Assembly: GCA_010093815.1 (NCBI GenBank)
Contig: ML996591.1
Origin: Pseudovirgaria hyperparasitica
Lineage: Eukaryota
DNA: 64,000 nucleotides
Strand: one strand, 5' to 3'
Below are positions 49,470-61,223 of the stretch, piece by piece (the first letter of the stretch is position 1; every line of letters begins with the position of its first letter). A program made the position numbers and the translations under genes. The notes under the pieces are model-generated. The model did no database searches and was not told the origin of the DNA. It saw only the letters and a list, made by a program, of their open reading frames with translations.

Positions 49470-49500
49470 TTATTAGTTAAGGGCTACCCTTAACTAATAA
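49470..49500. repeat. 31-bp palindrome (5' site of LINE copy 2)
   Basis: TTATTAGTTAAGGG-CTA-CCCTTAACTAATAA. Confidence 0.95.
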
Positions 49501-52500
49501 TTATAGCGGCCTTAGGCACTAATATACCCCGGCTTCTACCGGGTATACCCCTAATACTAGTATAGTAGAAACGGCTATATAGCGGTATATTCTAGAATAA
49601 TTAAACCCCCGTCTAATAAATAACGAATAACTAAGGGCGTATAATACTATAGATAATAGAGATAGAGGGGACTCTACCTAGAGAGACCCTCCCGGATAAG
49701 ATTAACTACTAGATAGTATATATAGAGAGGGAAGTTAAGAAGGGAGAAACGGCCCTACTTAGTATCTTCTAGAACCTTATCCGGAATATTAGAGAGCTTA
49801 CCGTAGGAGTAAAATAGGCGCTAGAATTAGACCCGGAATCTAGACTAGATCGTATAGAGGCCAGTCTATAGAGGATCTAGGAGGGCCTTACCTAGGGAAA
49901 ACGCCCTAGTACGTGGGTATAGATCGCCGCACCTATAAACGGAATAGCTATATTAGCTAAAATACTAAGGGCACCTATAGACGGGGTATATAGTATATAA
50001 GTTACTATCTAGAATAAAGAAGTACTCGTATAAGTCTAGTAAGCGTCCCTAAAGGATATTATAAATAAGATTAATAAATAGAAAGGGATATAGTTAAATA
50101 TAGTAGCCGCTAAACTCACCCTAGAAGGTATAGTACTAACTACTACTACTAATACAGCCTAGTAGACTATCTCGCGTAACCCAAACGTAATTAATAATAT
50201 CTTCCCTAGCGCGTCCGTCCGCGTAACCACGTATCTAATATAGATATATACTATCTCTATCCGAGAATACATTATTAGAGAAGATAATATTAAGTAAATA
50301 GAGTAATCTAACGAACCAAAGTACCCTAGAATTAAGATCGCGAAGGCGTGGTGGAAGAACGTCTAAGGGATTAAGATAAAATTAAAAAAGTACTCTACTA
50401 TAATAGTAGAGCTTAGGGACCCTACTCTCGTCTATAGAATAACATAGAAGGGCTTCCTAGCTAAAGGAGAGCTACTTACGGCGGAACTATAGAATAGAGC
50501 ATAGATAATAACGTAATACTTTAACTATTAGAGATATAGATATACTAGATAGAGGTACTCTTAGAAGACCGCCTATAGGTAGTATAAATAGGGCTATAAT
50601 ACTAAGGCATGCCCTTATAAGACGCAGAGCGATAAGACGCGAGATAGGGATACCGCTAAGTACTCTAACTACGACGGGAAATACCTATTCTAGTTAGTAA
50701 CGTATACGAAACGTAAGTAGGTCGTAGAATATATTAACGTGATAAAGATAAGAGGAGTAAGGTAGATATACTAAGCTATAAGGCCCTCGCTACCCTCGCC
50801 GCTATCCCTAACTTTACTTATAAATCTAGTAATTACCCCCTAAAGGGGAGAGGATAACGTGTAATAGTATACTATATAGAGAAAGATAGGCCGACCCTAG
50901 GGTATACTTAAAGCCGCTACCGCGCGAGGATAATCACGCCTTAGCGCCACTAATATATAGACTTAAACTTTCCCTAGCACCTAATAAGGGTATAAGATAT
51001 ACTTATTATTATATAGGTAAACGTATAATATAAATAAGAAAACTAAGTAACGCTTCTAGAAGAAATAGGAGCCGTAATAATAGCTATCTAGGAACTATAT
51101 AAATACTACTAAACTAATAAGCTAATAATATACCTAGGATACTATACTATCCACCCCATAGGCCCGGATAGAAGAGTTATATTTTATATATATAAGTCGA
51201 TCCCGCTCTTAGAATAGTCTTATACCGAATATAATAACCTCTAGATAATACTATATCTCTAGATAAGTATAGGGCCTATCTACATCTATAATATCTATAA
51301 TTAATAGTAATTACTTATACTAGACGATATACTAGAGGGCACCACGACGCCGGGATAATATATCCTCCTAGGTAACTTTAATCTCTACTATAGATAGTAG
51401 GGAGGCCTAGCCGTCGTAAGAGAAGAACTTAGAGTAAGGGAACTATATATACGGTACCATGACTTTCTATACCTCCTTATACCTATAGGGTAGATTACCT
51501 AGAGAAAATATAAATAGAATAAGGACGGGTCTACGCTCGACCTTACCCTTACTACTAAGTACATTAGCTATAGAGTATAGTACTACCGCCCGAGCCGGAT
51601 ATAGACGGACTCCGACTACGAATATATAGAAACCATAATAGACGTCTCTACTCTTAATAAATAACGTAGAAAATAGCTATAGAAGGATACTAATTAGGAT
51701 AAATACCTAGAGGACCTAGAATCGGCGATTCTAGACCCCTCTATAGTCGACGTATCTAACGGCCTAGCTATAGATAAGGCCGTATAAGTCCTCCTTTAAG
51801 TATACTAAGCCACGAGAGATAAATACGTGCTATACTAAATATATAGACCTCTAGAAGCAAGGGGTATACCTTAAATACGAGAGTATAGAAGAGACGCCCG
51901 TAGACTATATATATATATATACTATATCCGGACGACTAAGGCGTGGGAAGAGTAGAAGAAAGTAGTACGATATCGTAATAGGGCCCTCTATAATAAATAA
52001 CGAAAGTAATAGCGTATAATTACCGATAAATATATATAGTAAGCCGTAGAGCTATAGCGTATAGTAAAGTAGGCTAAGGGTATAGACGCGCCGATACCGC
52101 CGCTACTAATGCCTCCCCTAATATACTAAGAGAGAATATACTCTATAAGTCTAGAGAAGATGGAGATCTTACGTAAAGTTATATTCCCCCTCCCGGAGCT
52201 AGTAGACCTATTAGATATTAATAATACTAAATATCTAGATATAATTAATATCCCCTAAGAGGTTATCGAGGAGAATATACTTAACGCCGTTAAAGTACTC
52301 CTAAATAATAAGGTACCTAGACCGGATAGGATACCGAATAGGTGCCTTAAACGTACTATACTAGCTACCCTACCACTTATTAGTTATATATTTTAAGTAT
52401 ATATTAAGAACGGATACTACCTCTAAAGCTTCCGGGCTATCTATACTATTATACTTCTAAAACTAGGGAAGAACTCTAACTCCCTAAAAGAATGGAGGCT

Positions 52501-54279
52501 AATTACCCTCCTCTTCTATCTTAGGAAGATACTAGAGACTATAATTACGAAGAAGATAAGCGCCGTAGTATAGAAATATAACCTCCTCCTAGTAAACTAG
52601 AAGGCGAAGGCTAGAAGCTCTCTAATTACTACTATCTAATATATTCTCGAAGTTATCTAGACCGTATAGAAGTAGGGACGTATAGTAACGCTACTCTCTC
52701 TTAACATGGCCGGCGCATTCGATAAAGTAAACCATATAAGACTTATCTATAACTTATAGAAGAGGCGTATACCCGCGTAGATTACGTGGTTTATATAGTC
52801 CTTCCTTACTAAAAGAGTTACCTAGATATATATCTCTAGATATCGAAGTAAGTATAAGAAGACGGCTTACGGCATCCTATAAGGAAGTACTATCTCCCTA
52901 ATTCTATTTCTCTTCTTTACTATAGACCTTCTCTAGAGAATATAACGTATAGAGGTAGTAGGGTACGTAGATAATATATACCTTCTAGCTATTAATAATA
53001 ATACTAGCTAAATATATAGATAACTCGAATAAGACTACGGGAGATATATCTAATAGGTAAAGCGCTATAGAGTAAAGTTCGCCCCTAAAAAGTACTAACT
53101 TATATACTTTATTAACTACTATAGGAAATAGACTACTAGGGAAGGTAAGCGATACTCTAGAATAGACGCCTTTAACGAACCGCCGATATAAAGTATACAC
53201 GTACTTAGCGTTATAATTAATAATAAGCTTAAATAGAGACCATAGGTAGTATATACCGTTTCTAGGGCCCTCTAGATAGAAGCCGCTATATAATAGATTA
53301 TAGCCTCTACGTGGGGAACCGCCTAGGATAAGGCACGCTAGCTATATATATCTATAGTATAACCCGCCTTTACGTACGGACACGAGTACTAGTATACGGC
53401 CCTTATATAGACTAGGCGAATAAAGCTCGAATCTATATAGGACCGTATACTCCGTCTTATATTAGGCGTATATAAAGCTACTAACACGGTACTACTACGA
53501 CGCGAGATAGACGTTATAAGTATATATAACTTCTACTAGATATAGAGGGTAGTATACTTTACTAAATAATAAGCATAGAAATATATAGGAAATATAGAAT
53601 ATACCTTCGCCGTACTACGTATACGAGTTAGTGTATACTACTAAGTACTCTTATATATAGGCCGGACTCGACTATAGTATAAGTACCTAATAGAAATAGA
53701 CTTAAACTAAGTAGTATAAGAGATTAAGGATAACCTAGATACCCTTCTAGACTAATAGAGCCTTTAAGAGCTCAGACAAAGCATACAGTCATAGATCTAA
53801 GATAAGTAGAAAGAGATACTCCGGGCCTAGTAGGCCTTCTAGTAGAATAGATATCTAGAGTAGATCTAAGAACTATAGAAGGAGCCGAGTAAATAGATAT
53901 ATAAAGGGCTTATAAAGGCCTAGGTATCTATACTTCTCTAAGCCCGAACGGGCGCTATAGAACTTCTATACTACCTCTATAAGAGAGGCGTCCCTAATAT
54001 ATCTCTATAGTATAAGGCGTGCGGCCGGAGAGGTATAATACGCTACTATCTTATAATATACCCCGATCTTTATACGTAAAGGTAGAAGCTTATCTATATA
54101 ATAAGAACCTCCGATATCGTACGATAGCTTAATAAGTACTCTAAGGATATTACCCGGTAGATAATTATATACCTACTACTCCTCTAATTCTAGTAGACCT
54201 AGAAATATATACTAGAAGAGACCCGGTATACGCTAGTAGTAACCCGATATATACCGGAAGAACCCCGGGAGAACTCCGA

Positions 54280-54310
54280 TTATTAGTTAAGAGTAGCCCT
54301 TAACTAATAA
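54280..54310. repeat. 31-bp palindrome (3' site of LINE copy 2)
   Basis: TTATTAGTTAAGAG-TAG-CCCTTAACTAATAA (one G>A change). Confidence 0.93.
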
Positions 54311-56131
54311 CCTCTATACCTATATATACTACCTAAGGGTAAAATAATAGTAATATAGACTATAGGCTAATAGGCGTACTCTATAGCTATATACTTAAGA
54401 CGAAATAGAGGTTTAATAAGATATAGTTATAGATATAAGGAAGTTTTTCCCTATAGGGTTTCTTCTTATATAATAGCTTAGACTAGAGGAGGCATAGGCC
54501 TATAGAGTACTACTCTACCTAGTTATATAATATTATTATTATTATACTCTAAGAGACTAAACTAGTTAATTTAGAGTAATATAGAGATCTATATATATTA
54601 ATTAATAGAGTATACTAAGTATAATAACCTCTAATATATATATATATATATAGTATATAGAATATAATAATACTAATATATAGAGATACTATATATATAT
54701 ACTTAATAACTCTTTAAAGATATAAGTATAGACTATAATAAATTACTAGCTAGAGCCATAGAAGGATACATAGACTCTAGCACGAGTAGCGTAAGAGGTA
54801 GTATAGTATATAGAAGAGGTGCCTATAATATAATAGGTAGCCTTAGGTAGTAACCTAAGGCTAAGATAGATACCTATAGGAAGAACTAATTATAGATACT
54901 TAGAATAGGTATTCTAAGTAATCTATATAGTAATTAGAAATAGAATATTAGTATTCTAAGTAATATACTAAATACTTAGAATAAGTATTTTAATTAGAGG
55001 ACCTTAGTAGAACTATATAGACCCTTTAGACCTAATCTCTAGAGATAGTTCTATAGTAATTAATTTAAACTTATACTAATATAATTACTACTTTACTTAC
55101 CTACTAGCTAGTTACTATTTATACTCTATTAATACTTACTATAAATCTACTTATACTCCTCTAAGTCTTCTAAGTACCTTTATCTTAAGGAAAGCTAGAA
55201 TACTCTATATAACGGACTACTTAAGGGATAGACCGTATCCTTATCTAGGAAGGTTTATTATAGTTTAATTACTCTACTTAGACTCTAAAATAAGTATTTA
55301 CGCTATCTATTTAAATGTAAAATAGTAAATAATAGATAATTCTTATCTTTGCGAACTACTCTATAAGTACTAACTATAGAGTAAGTTAGATATCTTATTA
55401 CTAAACTAGGGGAGTAAGTTATAGAGCTCTAGAGAGAAAACGTTAAACTTAGAAAAGCTAAAGAGAGCTTTAAAAGAAAAATCCTAGAATCTTTTAAAGG
55501 TAAGCGAAGTAAACTCTAAGGATTTCTAATATAGATTAGAATATACCTTTAGACCTATTAAATTTAGAACCTAGAAGAATAAGTTATATTTACCGCTAGA
55601 CTACTAAAGAGAGACGTACTCGCGTAGTTCGAGCCTTACTTAAGGGACTTTATAGAAAATAATCCGTAGAATTAATAGAATAATACTACTAAGATCTTTA
55701 AACATTTTAAAGAATTTAAGGAATATATTAAAACGATCTTTAGAGATATAGATAAATAAAGAATAGCTAAGAGACGAATCTAGTAAATAGTCTAGATAAA
55801 ATCTATATCTAACTACGCCTCTAAATTCTAATAAATCTCTAGTTAGCTAGAATAGAATAATAAACCTCTAATTCTCTAGTTCTATACTAGATTATATAGA
55901 ACTTCTCACACCCTAACGGACTAAACTAGTTAATTCGGGGCAAAACAGCGATTTATATACATTAAACGATAGAGTATACCGAGTATAATAACCTCCGATA
56001 TACGTATATACGTATAGTATATAATACGCGATAATACTAACGTGTAGAGATACTATATATATACGCTTAAAGATTCTTCGATAATATAAGTATAGACTAT
56101 ATCTAATAAACGCCGACACGCTAACCCCCTT

Positions 56132-56162
56132 TTATTAGTTAAGGGCTACCCTTAACTAATAA
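56132..56162. repeat. 31-bp palindrome (5' site of LINE copy 3)
   Basis: TTATTAGTTAAGGG-CTA-CCCTTAACTAATAA. Confidence 0.95.
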
Positions 56163-59100
56163 TTATAGCGGCCTTAGGCACCGACGTACCCTAGCTTCTA
56201 CTAGGTATACCCCTAATACTAGTACGGTAGAAACGGCTATATAGCGGTATATCCTAGAATGATTAAACCCCCGTCTAATAAACGACGAATAACTAAGGGT
56301 ATATAACGCTATAGATAATAGAGATAGAGGGGACCCTACCCGGGGAGACCCTCCCGGATAAGATTAACTACTAGATAGTACGTATAGAGAGGGAAGTTAA
56401 GAAGGGAGAAACGGCCCTTCTTAGTATCTTCCGGAACCTTATCTAGAATATTAGAGAGCTTACCGTAGGAGTAAAATAGACGCCGGAATTAGACCTAGAA
56501 TCTAGACTAGATTATATAGAGGCTAGCCTATAGAGAATCTAGGAGGGCCTTACCTAGGGAAAACGCCCTAGCACGTAGGTATAGGTCGCCGCACCTATAA
56601 ACGGAATAGCTATATTAGCTAAAATACTAAGGGCACCTACGGACGGGGTATATAGTATATAAGTCGCTATCTAGAATAAAGAAGTACTTATATAAGTCTA
56701 GTAAGCGTCCCTAAAGGATATTATAAATAAGATTAATAAATAGAAAGGGATATAGTTAAATATAGTAGCCGCTAAACTTACTCTAGAAGATATAGTACTA
56801 ACTACTACTACTAATACGGCCTAGTAGACTATCTCGCGCGACCTAAACGCGATTAATAATATCTTCCCTAGCGCGTCCGTCCGTGTAACCACGTACCTAA
56901 TATAGATATATACCGTCTCCGTCTAAGGACACGTTATTAGAGAAGATAATATTAAGTAAATAGAGTAATCTAATAAACCGAAGTACCCCGGGATTAAGAT
57001 CGTAAAGGTGTAGTAGAAGAACGTCTAAGGGATTAAGATAAAATTAAAAAAGTACTCTACTATAATAGTAGAGCTTAGAGACCCCGCTCTCGCCTATAGA
57101 ATAATATAGGAGAGCTTTCTAGCTAAAGGAGAGCTACTTATAGTAGAACTATAGGATAGGGTATAGATAATAACGTAATACTTTAACTATTAGGGATATA
57201 GATATACTAGGTAGAGATACTCTTAGAAGACCGCCTATAGGTAGTATAAATAGGGCTATAATACTAAGGAATACCCTTATAAGACGTAGAGCGACGAGAC
57301 GCGAGATAGGGATACTACTAAGTACTCTAACTACGACGGGAAACATCTATTCTAGTTAATAACATATACGAAATATAAGTAGGTCGTAGAATATATTAAC
57401 GCGATAAAGATAAGAGAAGTAAGGTAGATATACTAAGCTATAAGGCCCTCGCTACCCTCGCCGCTATCCCTAACTTTACTTATAAATCTAGTAACTACCC
57501 CCCGAAGGGGAGAGGATAACGTATAATAGTATACTATATAGAGAAAGATAGGCCGACCCTAGGGTATACTTAAAGCCGCTACCGCGCGAGAATAATCACG
57601 CCTTAGCGCCACTAATATATAGACTCGAACTTTCCCTAGCACCTAATAAGGGTATAAGATATACTTATTATTATATAGGCGAACGTATAATATAAACGAG
57701 AAAACTAAGCGACGCTTCTAGAAGAAATAGGAGCTATAATAATAGCTATCTAGGAACTATATAAACACTACTAAACTAACAAGCTAATAATATACCTAGG
57801 ATACTATACTATCTACCCTACGGGCCCGGATAGGAGAGTTATATTTTATATATATAAGTTAATCCCGCTCTTAGAATAGTCTTATACCGAACGTAATAAC
57901 CTCTAGATAACGCTATATCTCTAGATAAGTATAGAGCCTATCTATATCTATAATATCTATAATTAATAGTAATCGCTTACGCTAGATAATATACTAGAGA
58001 GTACCACGACGCCGGGATAATATATCCTTCTAGGCGACTTTAATCTCTACCATAGATAGTAGGGAGGCCTAGCTATCGCGAGAGAAGAACTTAGAGTAAG
58101 GGAACTATATATATAGTACTATAACTTTCTATACCTTCTTATACCTATAGGGTAGATTACCTAGAGGAAATATAAATAGGACGAGGATAGGTCTACGCTC
58201 AACCTTACCCTCGCTACCGAGTATATTAGCTATAGAGTATAGTACTACCGCCCGAGCCGGATATAGACGGACTCCGACTATAAATATATAGAAACTATAA
58301 TAGACGTCTCTACTCTTAACGAATAACGTAGAAAATAGCTATAGAAGAATACTAATTAGAATAAATATCTAGAGGACCTAGAATCGGCGATTCTAGACCC
58401 CTCTATAGTCGACGTATCTAACGGTCTAGCTATAGATAAGGCCGTGTAAGTCCTCCTTTAAGTATACTAAGCTATAAGAGATAAACACGTGCTATACTAA
58501 ATATATAGACCCCTAGAAGCGAGGGGTATACCTTAAATACGAGAGTATAGAAGAGACGCCTATAGACTATATATACGTATATACTATATCCGGACGACCG
58601 AGGCGTAGGAAGAGTAGAAGAAAGTAGTATAATATCGTAATAGGGCCCTCTATAATAAATAACGAAAGTAATAGTATATAATTACTAATAAATATATACG
58701 GTAAGCCGTAGGGCTATAGCGTATAGTAAAGTAGGCTAAGGGTATAGACGCGCTGATACCGCCGCTACTAATGCCTCCCCTAATATACTAAGAGAGAATA
58801 TACTCTATAAGTCTAGAGAAGATGGAGATCTTACGTAAAGTTATATTCCCCCTCCCGGAGCTAGTAGACCTATTAGATATTAATAATACTAAATATCTAG
58901 ATATAATTAATATCCCCTAAGAGGTTACCGAGGAGAATATACTCGATACTATTAAAGTACTCCCGAATAATAAGGCATCCGGACTAGATAGAATACTAAA
59001 TAGATACCTTAAATATACTATACTAGCTACCCTACCGCTTATTAGTTATATATTTTAAGTATATATTAAGAATAGATACTACCCCTAAAGCTTCCGGGCT

Positions 59101-60941
59101 ATCTATACTATTATACTCCCGAAACTAGAGAAGAACTCTAACTCCCCAAAAGGATAGAGACTAATTACCCTCCTCTTCTATCTTAGAAAGATACTAGAGA
59201 CCACGATCGCGAAGAAGATAAGCGCCGTAGTATAGAAATATAACCTCCTTCTAGTAAACTAGAAGGCGAAGGCTAGAAGCTCTCTAATTACCGCTATCTA
59301 ATATATTCTTAAAGTTATCTAGACCGTATAGAAGTAGGGACGTATAGTAACGCTACTCTCCCTTAATATAGCCGGCGTATTCGATAAAGTAAACTACACG
59401 AGACTTATCTATAACTTATGGAAGAGGCGTATACCCGCGTAGATTACGCGGTTTATATAGTCCTTCCTCGCCAAAAGAGTTATCTAGATATATATCTCTA
59501 GATATTAAAGTAAGTACGAGAAGACGGCTTACGGTATTCTATAAGGAAGTACTATCTCCCTAATCCTATTTCTCTTCTTTACTATAGACCTTCTCTAGAG
59601 AATATAATATATAGAGGTAGTAGAGTACGTAGACGATATATACCTTCTAGCTATTAATAATAATACTAGCTAAATATATAGACGACTTAAATAAGACCAC
59701 GGGAGATGCGTCTAATAGATAAAGCGCTATAGAGTAAAGTTCACCCCCGAAAAGTACTAACTCATATACTTTATTAACTACTATAGGAAATAGACTACTA
59801 GGGAAGGCGAGTAATACTCTAGAATAGACGCCTTCGACGAACCGCCGATATAAAGTATATATATACTCGGCGTTATAATCGATAATAAGCTTAAATAGGG
59901 ACCATAGGTAGTATATACCGTTTCTAGGGCCCTCTAGATAGAAGCCGCTATATAATAGATTATAGCCTCTACGTAGGGAACCGCCCGGGATAAGGTACGC
60001 TAGCTATATATATCTATAGTACGACCCGCCTTTACGTACGGACACGAGTACTAGTATATAGCCCTTATATAGACTAGGCGAATAAAGCTTAAATCTATAT
60101 AGAACCGTATACTCCGTCTTATATTAGATATATATAAAGCTACTAATACGGTACTACTACGACGCGAGATAGATATTATAAGTATATATAACTTCTACTA
60201 GATATAGAGGGTGGTATACTTTACTAAATAATAAGTATAGGAACGTATAGAAAATATAGAATATACCTTCGCCGCGCTACGCGCGTAAGTTAGTATATAC
60301 TACTAAGTACTCTTATATATAGGCTAGACTTAACTACGGTATAAGTACCCGATAGAAATAGACTTAAACTAAGTAATATAAGAGATTAAGGATAACCTAG
60401 ATACCCTTCTAGACTAATAGAGTCTTTAAAAGCTTAAATAAAGTATATAGTTATAGATCTAAGATAAGTAGAAAGAGATACTCCGGGCCTAGTAGGCCTC
60501 CTAGTAGAATAGATATCTAGAGTAGATCCGAGAACCATAGAAGGAGCCGAGTAAATAGATATATAAAGGGCTTATAAAGGCCTAGATATCTATACTCCTC
60601 TAAGCCCGAACGGACGCTATAGAACTTCTATACTACCTCTATAAGAGAGGCGTCTCTAATATATCTCTATAGTATAAGGTGTGCGGCCGGAGAGGTATAA
60701 TACGTTACTATCTTATAATATACCCTAATCTTTACACGTAAAGGTAGAAGCTTATCTATATAATAAGAACCTCTAATATCGTATAATAGCTTAATAAGTA
60801 CCCTAAGAACGTCGCCCGGTAGATAATTATACACCTACTACTTCTCTAATTCTAGTAGACCTAGAAATATATATTAGAAGAGACCCGGTATACGCCGGTA
60901 GTAACCTAATATATACTAGAAGAACCCCGGGAGAACCCCGA

Positions 60942-60972
60942 TTATTAGTTAAGGGCAGCCCTTAACTAATAA
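60942..60972. repeat. 31-bp palindrome (3' site of LINE copy 3)
   Basis: TTATTAGTTAAGGG-CAG-CCCTTAACTAATAA. Confidence 0.95.
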
Positions 60973-61192
60973 CCTCCGTATCTATACGTACTACCTAAGG
61001 GTAAAATAATAGTAATATAGGCTATAGGCTAATAGGTATACTCTATAGCTATATACTTAAGACGAAATAGAGGTTTAACAAGATATAGTTATAGATATAA
61101 GGAAGTTTTTCCCTATAGGGTTTCTTCTTATATAATAGCTTAGACTAGAGGAGGCATAGGCCTATAGAGTACTACTCTACCTAGTTATATAA

Positions 61193-61223
<31 letters not shown>

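Larger units (their letters stand above)
49235..54542 (+). mobile_element. Tad-like LINE copy 2, full length (5.3 kb), RIP-mutated
   Basis: ORF1 relic (TW.QIAA, CCHC knuckles at about 50510-50700). ORF2 relic with APE (IAI*EL, LLGNFNL, DSDYE), RT (GPDRIPN, WRLITLL, AGAFDKV, GIL*GSTISL, GYVDN) and a C-terminal CCHC. (TAT)n tail. TSD TATACTCTAAGAGA at 49221-49234 and 54543-54556. Confidence 0.92.
48984..54740 (+). repeat. Putative 5' LTR of the gypsy element (about 435 bp: 48984-49234 plus 54557-54740, split by LINE copy 2)
   Basis: Starts TGTAAG at the AT-rich boundary and ends ..GACTATAATA (compatible with a RIP-mutated ..CA). It lies upstream of the gypsy leader and gag. The partner LTR is outside the window, so this call is inferred. 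Confidence 0.5.
55899..61220 (+). mobile_element. Tad-like LINE copy 3, full length (5.3 kb), RIP-mutated, inserted in gypsy gag
   Basis: Colinear with copy 2 and differs almost only by C>T/G>A changes. Long (TAT)n tail at 61191-61220. TSD ATACTAGATTATATA at 55884-55898 and 61221-61235. Confidence 0.93.

Noticed and set aside
49503..49505. ATA just after the 5' palindrome as the RIP-mutated ORF1 start codon
   Set aside because: It is out of frame with the recognisable ORF1 (..DRIEASL..TW.QIAA).
54741..54765. Tf1-type self-priming site complementary to the LTR
   Set aside because: There is only gapped partial complementarity (AATTACTAG versus CTAGTTAATT), which cannot be judged after RIP.
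52985..57346. Short minus-strand ORFs (52985-53200, 55913-56119, 57149-57346)
   Set aside because: These are chance I/L/Y-rich frames antisense to RIP-mutated LINE sequence.
43357..60972. 31-bp palindromes as a CRISPR array or MITE
   Set aside because: The copies are kilobases apart at fixed positions inside a eukaryotic LINE, with no spacers, cas genes or TSDs of their own.
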